Shown here: piece by piece, positions 11,527 through 21,970 of the stretch
Position numbering within the stretch: position 1 is the first letter of the stretch
Layout of the letters: the number at the start of each line of letters is the position of its first letter
Assembly: GCA_004431415.1 (NCBI GenBank)
Contig: QPMI01000396.1
Span: forward strand, 49,105 to 113,104
DNA from: Cyanophora paradoxa CCMP329
Lineage: Eukaryota > Plantae > Glaucophyta
Length of the DNA stretch: 64,000 bases
Reading direction: 5' to 3'
Program-made: the position numbers and the translations under genes
The notes under the pieces: model-generated
Told to the model about the DNA's origin: nothing
The model's input: the letters and a program-made list of their open reading frames with translations, nothing else
Databases searched by the model: none

Positions 11527-12591
11527 TTATATAGCACTTACCAGGTAAACCAACAAGATGTGATTGCTTGGAAAGTCAATACTACCTAACATACAGTAAA
11601 TTTGAAGACTGTCTCCCATGGTGAGGGTAATAAGAGCTTCGTAGCACATCTGATTCCTGCTTGATTGACTTGCATATGAAAGAATCTGATTTGTATTGTT
11701 TCCGTTTATTCTTAGTCCAATCTGGGTCAAGGAGGCAGTTGCAGTATTGTCTTCCGTAATTGTAAAATAGACCCTATAAACTCCTGAAACAGGGGCTGTA
11801 AATGTTGCTGGATACAGTTTGTCAAAATGACCCTCATTATTCACAAGATATGTTCCAACTGGAAAAGGAAGTGTTGGGGTGCCGGAACTAACACTTGTTC
11901 CAAAAATCTGAGCGTTTGCTTGTTGTCCTGAAATACACATTCTTGGGCAATAGCTGCGTTTAAGACCACTGTTTGTTGGAAATGTGATTGCTTTCAGATC
12001 TGTTATTGTCTTTTCGAGAGTGAAAATGATATCTCCGTTTCGTTTATAATTCACATTTGCATCTGTCCCATTATCCATCTCAGGTGCATTAACTCTTGTA
12101 GTAGCTATTCGAGTAACATAGTTAACATCTCCTGAGAGACCACCATTAAAGGTCATCAAACCTGTGAATGAACTTGTCCCATTCACATTCAATTGATTTG
12201 CTGTAACAGTTCCTGCTACATTTGTCCCATCTCCAATGTAGGCACCACCACTCTTCACCACAAGAGCAGAAGTATTGCTTGTGTTACCAAAAGTAATTAT
12301 CTGTGCTGTGGTGAATCCACCCACATTATTATACACTGCTGAATCGGGAACTACTTGTCCTGCTTGAACTTGATTTTTATTCGAGATAATAATTCCTGTG
12401 GTTCTTATCTTGCCTCCATTTCGATCACATCGAATCTCTTTGACTCTGAGTATATTATTCTCTGTGAAAGACGTATTGCTTGAAGCTTCAGTGCATATAT
12501 TCCCGGGTGTAGAGTCGACTACTTCATGAGAGGTGCTGTGTAGTGATTTCGCGGCAAGTTCATAGTTTGGGATTTCTAAAAGGGAGGTCAT
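11527..12591 (-). CDS. PLV fibre-like protein, paralogue 1, C-terminal C1q-like domain
   Basis: EIRCDRNGGKIRTTGIIISNKN...GGAYIGDG; NNEGHFD...FTAPVSGVYRVYF...LTMGDSLQIY; start set at ATG 12591. Confidence 0.85.
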   Translation of the reverse strand: MTSLLEIPNYELAAKSLHSTSHEVVDSTPGNICTEASSNTSFTENNILRVKEIRCDRNGGKIRTTGIIISNKNQVQAGQVVPDSAVYNNVGGFTTAQIITFGNTSNTSALVVKSGGAYIGDGTNVAGTVTANQLNVNGTSSFTGLMTFNGGLSGDVNYVTRIATTRVNAPEMDNGTDANVNYKRNGDIIFTLEKTITDLKAITFPTNSGLKRSYCPRMCISGQQANAQIFGTSVSSGTPTLPFPVGTYLVNNEGHFDKLYPATFTAPVSGVYRVYFTITEDNTATASLTQIGLRINGNNTNQILSYASQSSRNQMCYEALITLTMGDSLQIYCMLGSIDFPSNHILLVYLVSAI

Positions 12592-12610
12592 CTTTATAAT
12601 TACGAAATAG

Positions 12611-15600
12611 TTAAATTGCGACAGCAATGTAATGGATTGTTACAGTAATGCCTGGTCTGTCAAAAGAACTTAATGGAACTATTTCGAGCTCACACGTGAA
12701 ATAGCTACTGTAAACTTGTTTAAGCCTAACATACATGCGGTAGTAGTAGGCTGTCTCATTGTGTTGTATACCGGTTGTTACAATAGGAGGGTTAGCAAAG
12801 CTGGTGTTGAAATAAATAGTGAGATTAAACCTATGGTCAGGGTTTGCCCATAGATAAGGAGTAGTGTAAGCATACGTCCCTGCTTGAAGCTTTCCATTAA
12901 AATATGCATTGAATTGACTGGAAAGATCTGCCTCTGTAATACATCGACTGATGGTCGCATTATTTGAGGGGTTCATAGCATAGAAATTTCTTGCATAGGC
13001 ATTTCCACGAACAAGTAAGGTTTTATCAAAGTAATTCTGCGAATTGTGGAAGAACCATGTTTCTTCAAACATAGGTCCTGCTGGTTCTACAATCTGACCT
13101 GATCCTACATACATTGTGTTGTTGGCTCTGATGGTGTTGGCTGTAAAGGGATCAAGAGTTGGTCTATTGGTCAGGTCATTGTAGTTGCCCGAAAATAAAG
13201 CGGGTTTGTTATAGATATCTGTATTCCAATCATGAGTATGTGCAAAATCTGTAATATCTGCTTTGACATGAGTATGTGCAAAATCTGTAATCTCACTCTT
13301 TACATGGGTGTGTGCAAAATCTGTTATCTCTGATTTAACATGAGTGTGGGCGAAATCTGTTATCTGTGACTTTGTGTGAGTGTGTGCAAAATCTGTGATC
13401 TCAGATTTAAAATGAGTATGGGCGAAATTTGTAATATCTGCTCTGGTGTGGGTGTGAGCAAAATCTGTTATCTGTGCTTTTGTGTGAGTGTGTGCGAAAT
13501 CTGTGATCTCTGCTTTTGTGTGGGTATGTGCCCTGTTATTCAGATCAAGGAAGCTTCCCGAGAATGCTACTGGGTGCAGATTTGCAGCAGTAGGTTTGTT
13601 TAGAAGATCATTATAGTCTCCTGTGAAAGAGATGGTTTTCAGTTCACCCCTTCCTACATAATCAGAAGGTAGGTCAATCTTAATGGGCATAATAGCTGGA
13701 TCAATAGGAATCTCGTACTCAGCTCCTGGGTGAACCACAGGAAAGGTTTGATCACTTTCAGTGTGAACAAAAAAGTTGTCAGCAGTCACTGTTCCATCAA
13801 TAGTCCCTCCTGTCAAGGGCAGGTAATTCCCAGTCACAGCTAGACCTGCAATAACTAAAGCGAGCTCTGTTTGATCTACATAGTTTTGTGCTTGAAGGTA
13901 ATCCTCTGTGACCACTCTGGATATAGTGTCATTGTGAATGTTTTTTGCTGCTGCCCTTTGATTGATTTCTAAAAGTCCCTCCCCAACTCCACCATTATAG
14001 TTTGTTTTGATCCAAGATATTTCACATCTCTTGTAATCATCTCTAATTCCTATGAGAGCATTAGGTAACAATCTTTCTCGAGTGAATATTAATTTCGGTC
14101 TTGATGAATCTAAATCACTCACATCAGTAACATTAATTTGAATTGCTGCATCTTTATCATCATAGTTTGCTGGATCAGATGGAAGCGATAATATTAAACT
14201 ATCTGTCATTGGGATGTCATCAGCATAGTAACTGGTTAAATAGATACCTGGTTTGGTGTCCATCAACCCGAAGTTTCCGCCTGCTGCGATTATCTGCATC
14301 CGTGTAGGAGGTCTGATGAATAGCTCACCCTCCATTGTGGTTCCTGCATCAATTCCTTTACGATTCAGGTAAAATTCACTTAATCGTAATCTTTCTTCGA
14401 TGTTAATATTTGGTAGAGACTCACACCATTTATCCCATCATTCATAACATTACCTGCTGATGCAAAAGTAGGCTGTAAATCGATTTCGTCCCAATTATGC
14501 CTATGGTCTTCCGGCGGAAACTCAGGTGGAATTCCATCAATATCGCCCCAATCATGCCTGTGATCTTCAGGTGGATATTTCTCAGGTTTACCTAAGATCT
14601 CATCCCAGTCATGGTTGTGATCCTCTGGTGGATATCTCGCTGGTTTGTTGTTGATTTGTTCCCAGTCAAGGTACATCTCGAAAATCTCAGGTTGTAAACC
14701 ATCTGGCAATAATTCCTCATGGTGTTCATAAGGCTGCGCGTACTCAACAGCAGGAGGCTCGAGACCATCTGCTAAATATTCCTCATGGGTTCATAATTCT
14801 GTTCATACTCATACTCTTGTGGATCTAAACCGTCGGGTAAATACTCTTCCTCATTTGGGTCGTATTGATCATACTCATACTCTTGCGGGTCGAAACCGTC
14901 AGGTAAAAACTCTTCCTCATCTGGGACAAATTGGTAATCATCAAGCTCTAATATATCGATTTCAGGAGGTAAATACTGTTCATCTATTTGTTTTTTCGGT
15001 TCGAAGATAGGTTTATTGCGAACTTGCTCCCAACTGACAATATGTTGACCGAAAGGAACTGTCTCATCAGCAACTCGCTCTCGACCAGGTCCATCCGGGA
15101 TTGGCGGCTTTGGTAACCCTGGAAGAGGTGGTATAGGGACAATAGGTCCGAAGTAGTAGTTGAAAATGTTGATAACCTGCTCTTCGGTGCTAACCTTCTT
15201 ACCATCCTGATAAATATTAGTTCCATGAATATTTCTCCACTGCCTGGTGCGAAGCCCTAGGTCATATCTATCATGCAATGCTGGGAGCAGGTGCCTGTCA
15301 GCCTCAATCAAGATAGAGCCGAAGGTGCATCCAGGAATATCGAACCTGGTGGCTGGCTCGGTATCGATTTGATTTACATCAAACCCGAAAAGAAGATTTG
15401 CTTCTCGTGCATCGGTATATAGTAAATCCCAGGGGAACGGCTGAATTTGTGATGCAAGCACTGATATTGCAGCATCTTCGCCAAGGAGAATTCGCCCAGT
15501 GATGTGAGCTGCAGTTTTGTTTGCGACATCATTTGATTCATCAATTAGACGTAGAGCTGATGTGTGGACCCCTCTATCATTTTGTAGCCTAAATATCAAT

Positions 15601-15914
15601 CTACCGGAATCATACTTGGAGACTGTGCCTGAGGAGGCAATGCGAAGGTGTCGTGGCAACGCCCTGGACCCAATAATTTCAGCAACAAAGTTCTCAGTGG
15701 GACCAAGACAGAATCTCTGTGCAATATCCGGGGCACCAACGTGGGAGTTCCGCAGAATTAATGCAGCTGGTCGACTAAACTCGGTCCTGTGGATGTCACG
15801 ATCAGCATTGAAGTCTGCCAAGATGCTTCCGAAAACGCGAATATTTATGAGTCGATCATCAACGAAATCTGGAGATCTACGAAGTGGCACTGGCTTCTTC
15901 AAGATGTAGGACAT
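12611..15914 (-). CDS. Long fibre/tail-like protein (~1100 aa), split into three ORFs by two apparent frameshifts (~14788, ~14435)
   Basis: Acidic PDG(L/F)DPQEYEY repeats continue across the first frameshift; H(N/R)HDW repeats; YLPLTGGT; eight AHTHxK(S/A)xITDF-type phage-tail repeats; (T/S)G(D/N)YNDL-x-N(K/R)P motifs; C-terminus resembles H-type lectin/gp53-like domain (FNTSFANPPIV...IHYIAVA). Confidence 0.8.
13229..13530 (-). repeat. 36-bp coding tandem repeat (AHTHxKxxITDF, 8 full copies plus a partial)
   Basis: Directly visible in the DNA and in the translation of ORF 12611..14335. Confidence 0.9.
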
Positions 15915-15936
15915 TTTATATAAGCCCCTTTTAAAA

Positions 15937-17421
15937 ATGAAGGTCATTCTCTCACTATCAGGTGGAGGTGCTCGTGGCATAGTCATTGCCCGAATTCTAC
16001 AGCGGATTGAGGCGATTACTGGGAAAGCAATACCACAGCTGTTTGATTTCTTTGCAGGCACCTCAACAGGGGCGATAATAGCGGCCGGTTTGGCTATTCC
16101 ATCAACTCCAGGCTCTGTTCTCGCTTACCGATATTCTGCAGGTGATATCTTGAGTCTATATCAAACGAACCTGCCAACAATATTTGCAAATCCAAGATCA
16201 CTGACAAGCTTGCTCTCAGGCAGCCGCTATGATGCAAACCCTCTGGAGTCGGTGCTCACAGACGTTGCCCAGGACTACACAATTGCAGAATCGACAAAAG
16301 ATGTATTAATAACAGCGTTTGATACAGTTCGGATGCAGCCCGTAGTTTTTACGAAGGATGGGCCATATTCAAGCACGCTGATTCGTGATGCAGTGAGAGC
16401 ATCTTCTGCAGCGCCTACATTCTTTCCACCGAAGGTTCTAGGGGACAAAAACCTTGTTGACGGGGCAATTGCCTGTTTGAATAATCCCTCAGTTGCTGCA
16501 CTCAGCCACGCCAGTAAAATTTACGATGCAGAAGATCCAATTGTTCTTGTGAGCATTAGCTGTGGTGAAGTCCAAGCCAGTGAGCAATTGACTGCAGGCT
16601 TTTCGAATTCGGAGACGTCAGGCTGGGGCGCCCTGGGCTGGATCCTATCCCTCTCAGGCAGCCCAATCATTTCTATGCTAATGGCTGGTAGCGAGCTGGA
16701 ATCGCACTTCCAAATGCAGGAACTGCTTCCAGTTGATGCGGATAGGAATCTAACAAGATACTGGCGTTTAAGTGTTCCGCTGCCAGCTGCAGTCATGAGC
16801 AAGCTTGATGATGCCTCCCCATCGAATATTTCTTATTTGATTTCCACAACAGATTTATGGCTGAAACAAATCGAAATAAATGCTAAAATAAATGCACTCT
16901 GCAGCTTTCTACTGGCAAACTATGACCTACTGAACGATGAGAGACTAATCATATCGTCTACTTTAACAGTTGAGCCGCCATTTGATGTCAACTGGTTTAT
17001 AATTCCAGATGCAAACATCATAAGCAACGACTTTGAGGAATTGCACCCACCTTCTCATGTGCGACCCAACTCAACAGGGTTCCAAGGTGGCACTCTACCT
17101 AATCCCTGGATCAGAGTCGAATTTCCAAAGCCTTTTGAGCTACATCAAATCATTATGTATGGGCCAGCCTTTGCTGCCGGAGTCCTATTTAATTTCAGCA
17201 TTCTGACCAACTTAGGATATGTCCAAGATGGGAGGCTTTTTGAAAATACGGTCCTAGCAAATGTGCTTGCTGCAAACCCATCTATGACAGGCTTCGATCT
17301 AATGCATAGTGACTCGCATTTGTTCACCCCACAGGTATATAACTATGTGCAAATTATAACAAACGAATTTATAAATGTGAATGCATTCCGGCTTGATTTC
17401 CGGGGACGTTACATTAATTAG
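15937..17421 (+). CDS. Patatin-like phospholipase with C-terminal beta-rich extension
   Basis: GGGARG oxyanion motif, GTSTG nucleophile elbow, ASSAAPTFFPP, DGA catalytic Asp; extra ~160-aa tail with PWIRVEFPKPFELHQIIMYG (discoidin/galactose-binding-like). Confidence 0.93.
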   Translation: MKVILSLSGGGARGIVIARILQRIEAITGKAIPQLFDFFAGTSTGAIIAAGLAIPSTPGSVLAYRYSAGDILSLYQTNLPTIFANPRSLTSLLSGSRYDANPLESVLTDVAQDYTIAESTKDVLITAFDTVRMQPVVFTKDGPYSSTLIRDAVRASSAAPTFFPPKVLGDKNLVDGAIACLNNPSVAALSHASKIYDAEDPIVLVSISCGEVQASEQLTAGFSNSETSGWGALGWILSLSGSPIISMLMAGSELESHFQMQELLPVDADRNLTRYWRLSVPLPAAVMSKLDDASPSNISYLISTTDLWLKQIEINAKINALCSFLLANYDLLNDERLIISSTLTVEPPFDVNWFIIPDANIISNDFEELHPPSHVRPNSTGFQGGTLPNPWIRVEFPKPFELHQIIMYGPAFAAGVLFNFSILTNLGYVQDGRLFENTVLANVLAANPSMTGFDLMHSDSHLFTPQVYNYVQIITNEFINVNAFRLDFRGRYIN

Positions 17422-17682
17422 GCGGCGGCATGAATGCCCAGGAAATCAGAGAGAGTCCAAGACGTGTTGGAATAGTTCTGCCAGATTTATCTTTCTCCCA
17501 AAATGGTGCTCCATTACGCCCTCCCAGTCGCCTCTTAATGTAATTCTCTCTTCGCTGATACCAAGTTTGGGCGCCGCCGAGGCTGTGCGGAGCCAAGAAG
17601 GCGAAAGCCAAGATGGGCATTCTTGCCCTTCGGGCTCCTTGCCTTCGGCTTGTCTGCGACCCTTCGGCTTGTCTGCGACTTT

Positions 17683-18602
17683 TCAAATCAGTTTGAACTG
17701 GAGCTCCCCAGACCATGGCAATCCATTCAGTAATACATCATCACCATCTCTGTCTACAATGCGCAGTCGCAAGGAAGTCAGCACAAGACGCTCTTCGATG
17801 GGGATCCATTCGCTTTGATGATCCTGATTTATATAAACGAATTTGCCAACGTCCTGACTCATTTGAATTCGAGCAAGCCCGTAGTTGCACATTGTTTTGG
17901 CCCCACGGCGAAGCTTTGAAGCAAATGGTCGAAGCTCTTCACAGACTAGGAATAGATACTGGTCGCTGTTCATGTCAATTATCTTTGGAAATTCGACAGC
18001 ATAACCAAGTGGCTCACTCCGCATTCTTTCGGTGAAATCCACGCCATATTCAGGGTGTGAAGGTGTTACTGGAATGCCAGCAACCTCGAGATATCGCTCA
18101 GCTGCAGTTACTGATCTTTGTCCTCCTTCAAACACGATAGGAGACAGCTGGAGGGGCTCATTTCGGTTCAGCCCTAGCAGATTCGATAGAGCTTTGAACT
18201 GGCAGGTTACTGTGCAGGAACGGTTGCAATAGGCAGACATCTTCAGTGTCTCTGGGTCCCGAAACAATTTGAAATATGCTATTACGATTCCCCCAGTTCA
18301 AACTTAAACGATAGGCCAAAGTTGTAAAGATCTGTTTCGCCCATATTTGCAGTAGTAATTATACCAGGCTCAAAAACTGCCAGATTTTCCGTCCAAATGT
18401 TGGGGAAGGTGATCGAAAGATACTCATCTCTAATGCTCGTGTAAAGGCTGTTTGCGAACTCACACTGGGTAAGTCGAACAGCAACTGGATTGATTATAGG
18501 TTCATTTATTTCTAGCACAAAGTTTGCCTCTGAATCGATTGGCCTTCTGTCTCTACTGTCAAAGCTGAGCCTGGCGCAGCGTCGATGCTTGTCTTCGACC
18601 AT
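17683..18602 (-). CDS. Minor capsid (penton-like) protein A, one apparent frameshift at ~18292
   Basis: N-terminal FDSRDR...F-x-L...VAVRL...EFANSLY and C-terminal LRLRIVDRDGDDVLLNGLPWSGELQF, typical of PLV/Polinton single-jelly-roll mCP; frames join if G5 is read as G6. Confidence 0.8.
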
Positions 18603-18629
18603 TTTTATTCTCTAACTGATATAAAAAAG

Positions 18630-19585
18630 ATGCCGACGGACTACGTCTGCATTGCAAGCCACCAAGCGGATGAGCTGACATCCACCTCAAAATTTAAAGT
18701 AAGACTGCCTAAAGTTTATCAGGATGTAAAAGCCGTGCGCCTGGTATCTGCTGAGATCCCCAACACAATGAGCACAGTTGATGCACTCGATCCAGCAGAG
18801 GATTTAGTGTTTGACACGTATATATATTGGTGCAAATATGATCCTGCAAATGAGGGACCAGACCCACATCAGCCAGGTTTTGGAGCCTGGAATAACATTA
18901 CAATTCCACCTGGAAATTACGACGTCACCTCGCTTGTGACAAAGATAAACGAAAGGTTGACGGGGACTGGTATCACGTGCACGTATAATTCAGCAGTTAA
19001 ATCAATAGGGTTCACAGCTAGCTTCGAGTTCTTTATTGCTCTGATGTTGGCACCGAACCTGGGTGGCGGGAAATCAGAAACTACCAGGCTGTTGCTAGGG
19101 CTCAGCGAACTGCAAAGCTGCTAGGCTTGCGATCAATTCTACCGATTCGGTCTAAGGCTTTAACTGTCGATATTCAATATATAGAAGGCGCTTATGAACC
19201 CGATGTCACTCCCGATGATCATGTGCTACTTCGCATTCCTGAAATTGGTGACCTTGTCAGTATGCCCAATACTTCAATTCCTGGCTTTTTCTCAAAGCTC
19301 AGCATTCCCAGCGCCCTCCGTCCAGGCGAAACAGCCTACTATGATTCAACTGAAGCAACTCCTTTGTATAAGTATGTTTATTCAAAGCTGGACCTGTACT
19401 CTGTGACTATTGAGATATACGATTTTATGCAGCGAATCGCTGATTTAAATGGAGCTCCTGTGTCATTTATTCTCGAAATTCGTTATGGTCCTGACGAACC
19501 CAATGGTGATGTTGTTTACGAACTTGCAAAACTTCAGCTCCAGAAAAGGTCAAAGACATATCCTTGGATCAATTCGTCAAACTGA
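18630..19585 (+). CDS. Minor capsid (penton-like) protein B, one apparent frameshift at ~19033
   Basis: FKVRLP...VKAVRLVSAEIPNT, ITIPPGNY, AKLLG, VLLRIPEI, VTIEIYD...DLNGAPVSFILEI; frames join with one extra T. Confidence 0.85.
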
Positions 19586-19687
19586 GCTAAGCTCGCGGCA
19601 CGCAAGCGAAGTCGCAGACAAGCAGCTCGGCTGCGCCCCTTGGCGAAGCGGCAGAATTATTTTCTTTCACTGCAATTATATAATTCG

Positions 19688-21076
19688 ATGGATGTCACTC
19701 AAAATTTGCAGCGGCTCGGCCTCAAAGAGCTCCTGACAACTCCGCAGGAAGCGAAGGACTTCTTTATGAACAATGAGCTTATGTTGGGTCTAACGAGCCA
19801 AACCAAGCCTGTTCGTGTTGTTGTCAACCCAAGCAATGACTATGGAGACTGCTTCGGTAAACGAGTCACCTACTTCCTTCCCAGATACAACTTCCTTCAG
19901 GGGCTCGAACTCCAGTTTACCCTTCCCGAGCTGACAGCTTTTACTGGTGACACTGACCTGGTTCGCACTGGTTATTTGCGATCGGTTGGTGCTCTCGTAA
20001 AGCGAATCGAAATCAAATATGCTTCCTACAGCTACATTGTCCCCGAGGACTGGCTTGTTCACAGCGCTCTGATTTTCAATGATGATGCTCAGCTCAAAAA
20101 GAAATACCGGTCAGGTGGCTGGCTACATGGAACACCACCGCAGGGGACAAATCGCACTGGAGGTATTTTCAGTGTAAAAATCCCCTGTCCCTGGGAGGGT
20201 TCTGTGCTTCCGATTGGTGCTCTATCTGGCGAGGTTTCCGTCGAGGTTTGGTTCCGTGATCGTGCCCAGGGCTTCGTCGAAACCAGCTATGGTGGTAGGT
20301 TTGTAACAGAATATGCCATAGGCGGTGATGCTTCTAAAGAAGATGGCCTTGGTAGTGTTGGAGCCGCTGCTGCTTCCCCTGCAAACATCGGCCAGAATAT
20401 AACTCCCAATGTTCTCAGTGTCACCCCTGCCAATCCGGAGCTTTCGAATCCAAAGATTATTGCTCATTGCATCAACGTTGATGAGGCCACTTTTGCCCAG
20501 GTGATTGAGAAAGTCAAAACGTCTGGAATCGCAATTCCCGCTACCGATGTCGGCTGGGTTGATGCTGATTCAATTACTTATGCTGGTGCTGGTGCGCCCA
20601 CCCGAATTAATCTGTCTCAAATCAGTGGACTTTGTTACGGCCTATTCGTTAGCATTCGCAAGCAGCCAAACATGAACCAAACTGATGGAAAACACAGTGT
20701 CCTCAAAACCGAGGCTAATGCTCGCGATATTACTATTTCCTGCGAATTGAATGGACAGCGGCTTTATTCAAATGAGCCTGTTCCTCTATTGCAAGGTGCT
20801 GAACTCATCGCTGATGTCTTCAAGTGCTCCAATCTCGACGCACCCCTTAATCGGTATGTTCTGACTGGATTGCCATTTTGCATTAGTGGGGATAAATCGA
20901 TTCGAAATGCTGCTCAAACTGGTTTCGTAGATCTGACGAACTCCAGCAGCTGCTTCCTGAATATCATGAACCCTGCTGCGTATGATGCTAACAACAAGAT
21001 TTACGTCCAAATTCGCGCTCTCCTTCACACTGTCCTAATTGTTGATGCTGCGGGACTGCGGAAAGTTAATCTCTAG
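19688..21076 (+). CDS. Major capsid protein (double jelly-roll)
   Basis: ~460 aa; N-terminal FGKRVTYFLPRYNFLQGLELQFTLPEL matches the DJR-MCP pattern; LPIGAL..EVSVEVWF; lies between mCP and ATPase. Confidence 0.85.
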   Translation: MDVTQNLQRLGLKELLTTPQEAKDFFMNNELMLGLTSQTKPVRVVVNPSNDYGDCFGKRVTYFLPRYNFLQGLELQFTLPELTAFTGDTDLVRTGYLRSVGALVKRIEIKYASYSYIVPEDWLVHSALIFNDDAQLKKKYRSGGWLHGTPPQGTNRTGGIFSVKIPCPWEGSVLPIGALSGEVSVEVWFRDRAQGFVETSYGGRFVTEYAIGGDASKEDGLGSVGAAAASPANIGQNITPNVLSVTPANPELSNPKIIAHCINVDEATFAQVIEKVKTSGIAIPATDVGWVDADSITYAGAGAPTRINLSQISGLCYGLFVSIRKQPNMNQTDGKHSVLKTEANARDITISCELNGQRLYSNEPVPLLQGAELIADVFKCSNLDAPLNRYVLTGLPFCISGDKSIRNAAQTGFVDLTNSSSCFLNIMNPAAYDANNKIYVQIRALLHTVLIVDAAGLRKVNL

Positions 21077-21214
21077 TCACAGTGTCGCCAGACAAGCTGA
21101 CTCGCCTGCGGTCGCGGTTGTGTTTGCCTGCGAATATCAATAGTTGGGCGCAGCCGAGGCAGTGCGGAGCCAAGAAGGCTCCTTGCCTTCGGCTTGTCTG
21201 ACGACTATTTTTTG

Positions 21215-21961
21215 ATGGATGAGTCTCAAGAGCTCGCAAAGTTCCAGCCTAGCGATATGAGGGTCCCTTTTAAAGCCCTGTTTATATCGAAATCTAATAG
21301 TGGCAAATCGTTCTATTGCACAAAGCATCTGCTTCGACTGCTATATCCAAAGATTAATCGAGTGGTTGTGTTTACGGCCACCAAATTCAATGGTGAATAC
21401 GAAGCAATAACAAAAGAGCTTTACGATGATTTTCAACCTGCCATTGTTGCAGAAATCATTGATTCACAGCGCGCTCTAATCGAAAACAAAAAGAAAGCGC
21501 CGCAGATATTACTTGTATTGGACGATCTTGTTGCTGCATCTGAAACTGTTGATCTTCGAAACAGCAAGGTTGTTAATCGACTTTTTATGCAGTGCCGCCA
21601 TTTTTGCATTTCTACGATTTTAATGTCGCAAAAACTAACAGCTCTTAGTCAATCGATTCGTTCTAATGCTGATTATTGTTTTTTCTTTAGCTATTCTAAT
21701 CACACAGAGCTTGAGGCTATCTATCGAGAGTTTAGTCATCTCCCGAAAGACGAATTTATTGCTTTGTTCCAAACTTGGGCTCACGATTATCAGTGCCTAG
21801 TCCTTGATGGGACCAAATACGATACGGCCTGGTTCGTTGACAAGGCAGTTGAAGATAAGAGTTTTCGTTTTACGAAGTGGGTTAAGAATGAACCTGAAGA
21901 ACGTAAGAAAGAAGAATCACCTGTTATCTCTAAAAAGAAGCATTTTAAAATCTTAGCTTAA
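21215..21961 (+). CDS. A32/FtsK-HerA-family genome packaging ATPase
   Basis: Walker A variant SKSNSGKS, Walker B LLVLDD, RH motif, SQ, IRSNADY. Confidence 0.92.
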   Translation: MDESQELAKFQPSDMRVPFKALFISKSNSGKSFYCTKHLLRLLYPKINRVVVFTATKFNGEYEAITKELYDDFQPAIVAEIIDSQRALIENKKKAPQILLVLDDLVAASETVDLRNSKVVNRLFMQCRHFCISTILMSQKLTALSQSIRSNADYCFFFSYSNHTELEAIYREFSHLPKDEFIALFQTWAHDYQCLVLDGTKYDTAWFVDKAVEDKSFRFTKWVKNEPEERKKEESPVISKKKHFKILA

Positions 21962-21970
21962 TAAAATAAG

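Noticed and set aside
8453-15914. Diversity-generating retroelement acting on the fibre genes
   Set aside because: No reverse transcriptase and no template/variable repeat pair with adenine-specific mismatches was seen
15915-16061. N-terminal extension of ORF 14772..16061
   Set aside because: It is antisense overlap with the patatin gene; ATG 15914 is the more plausible start
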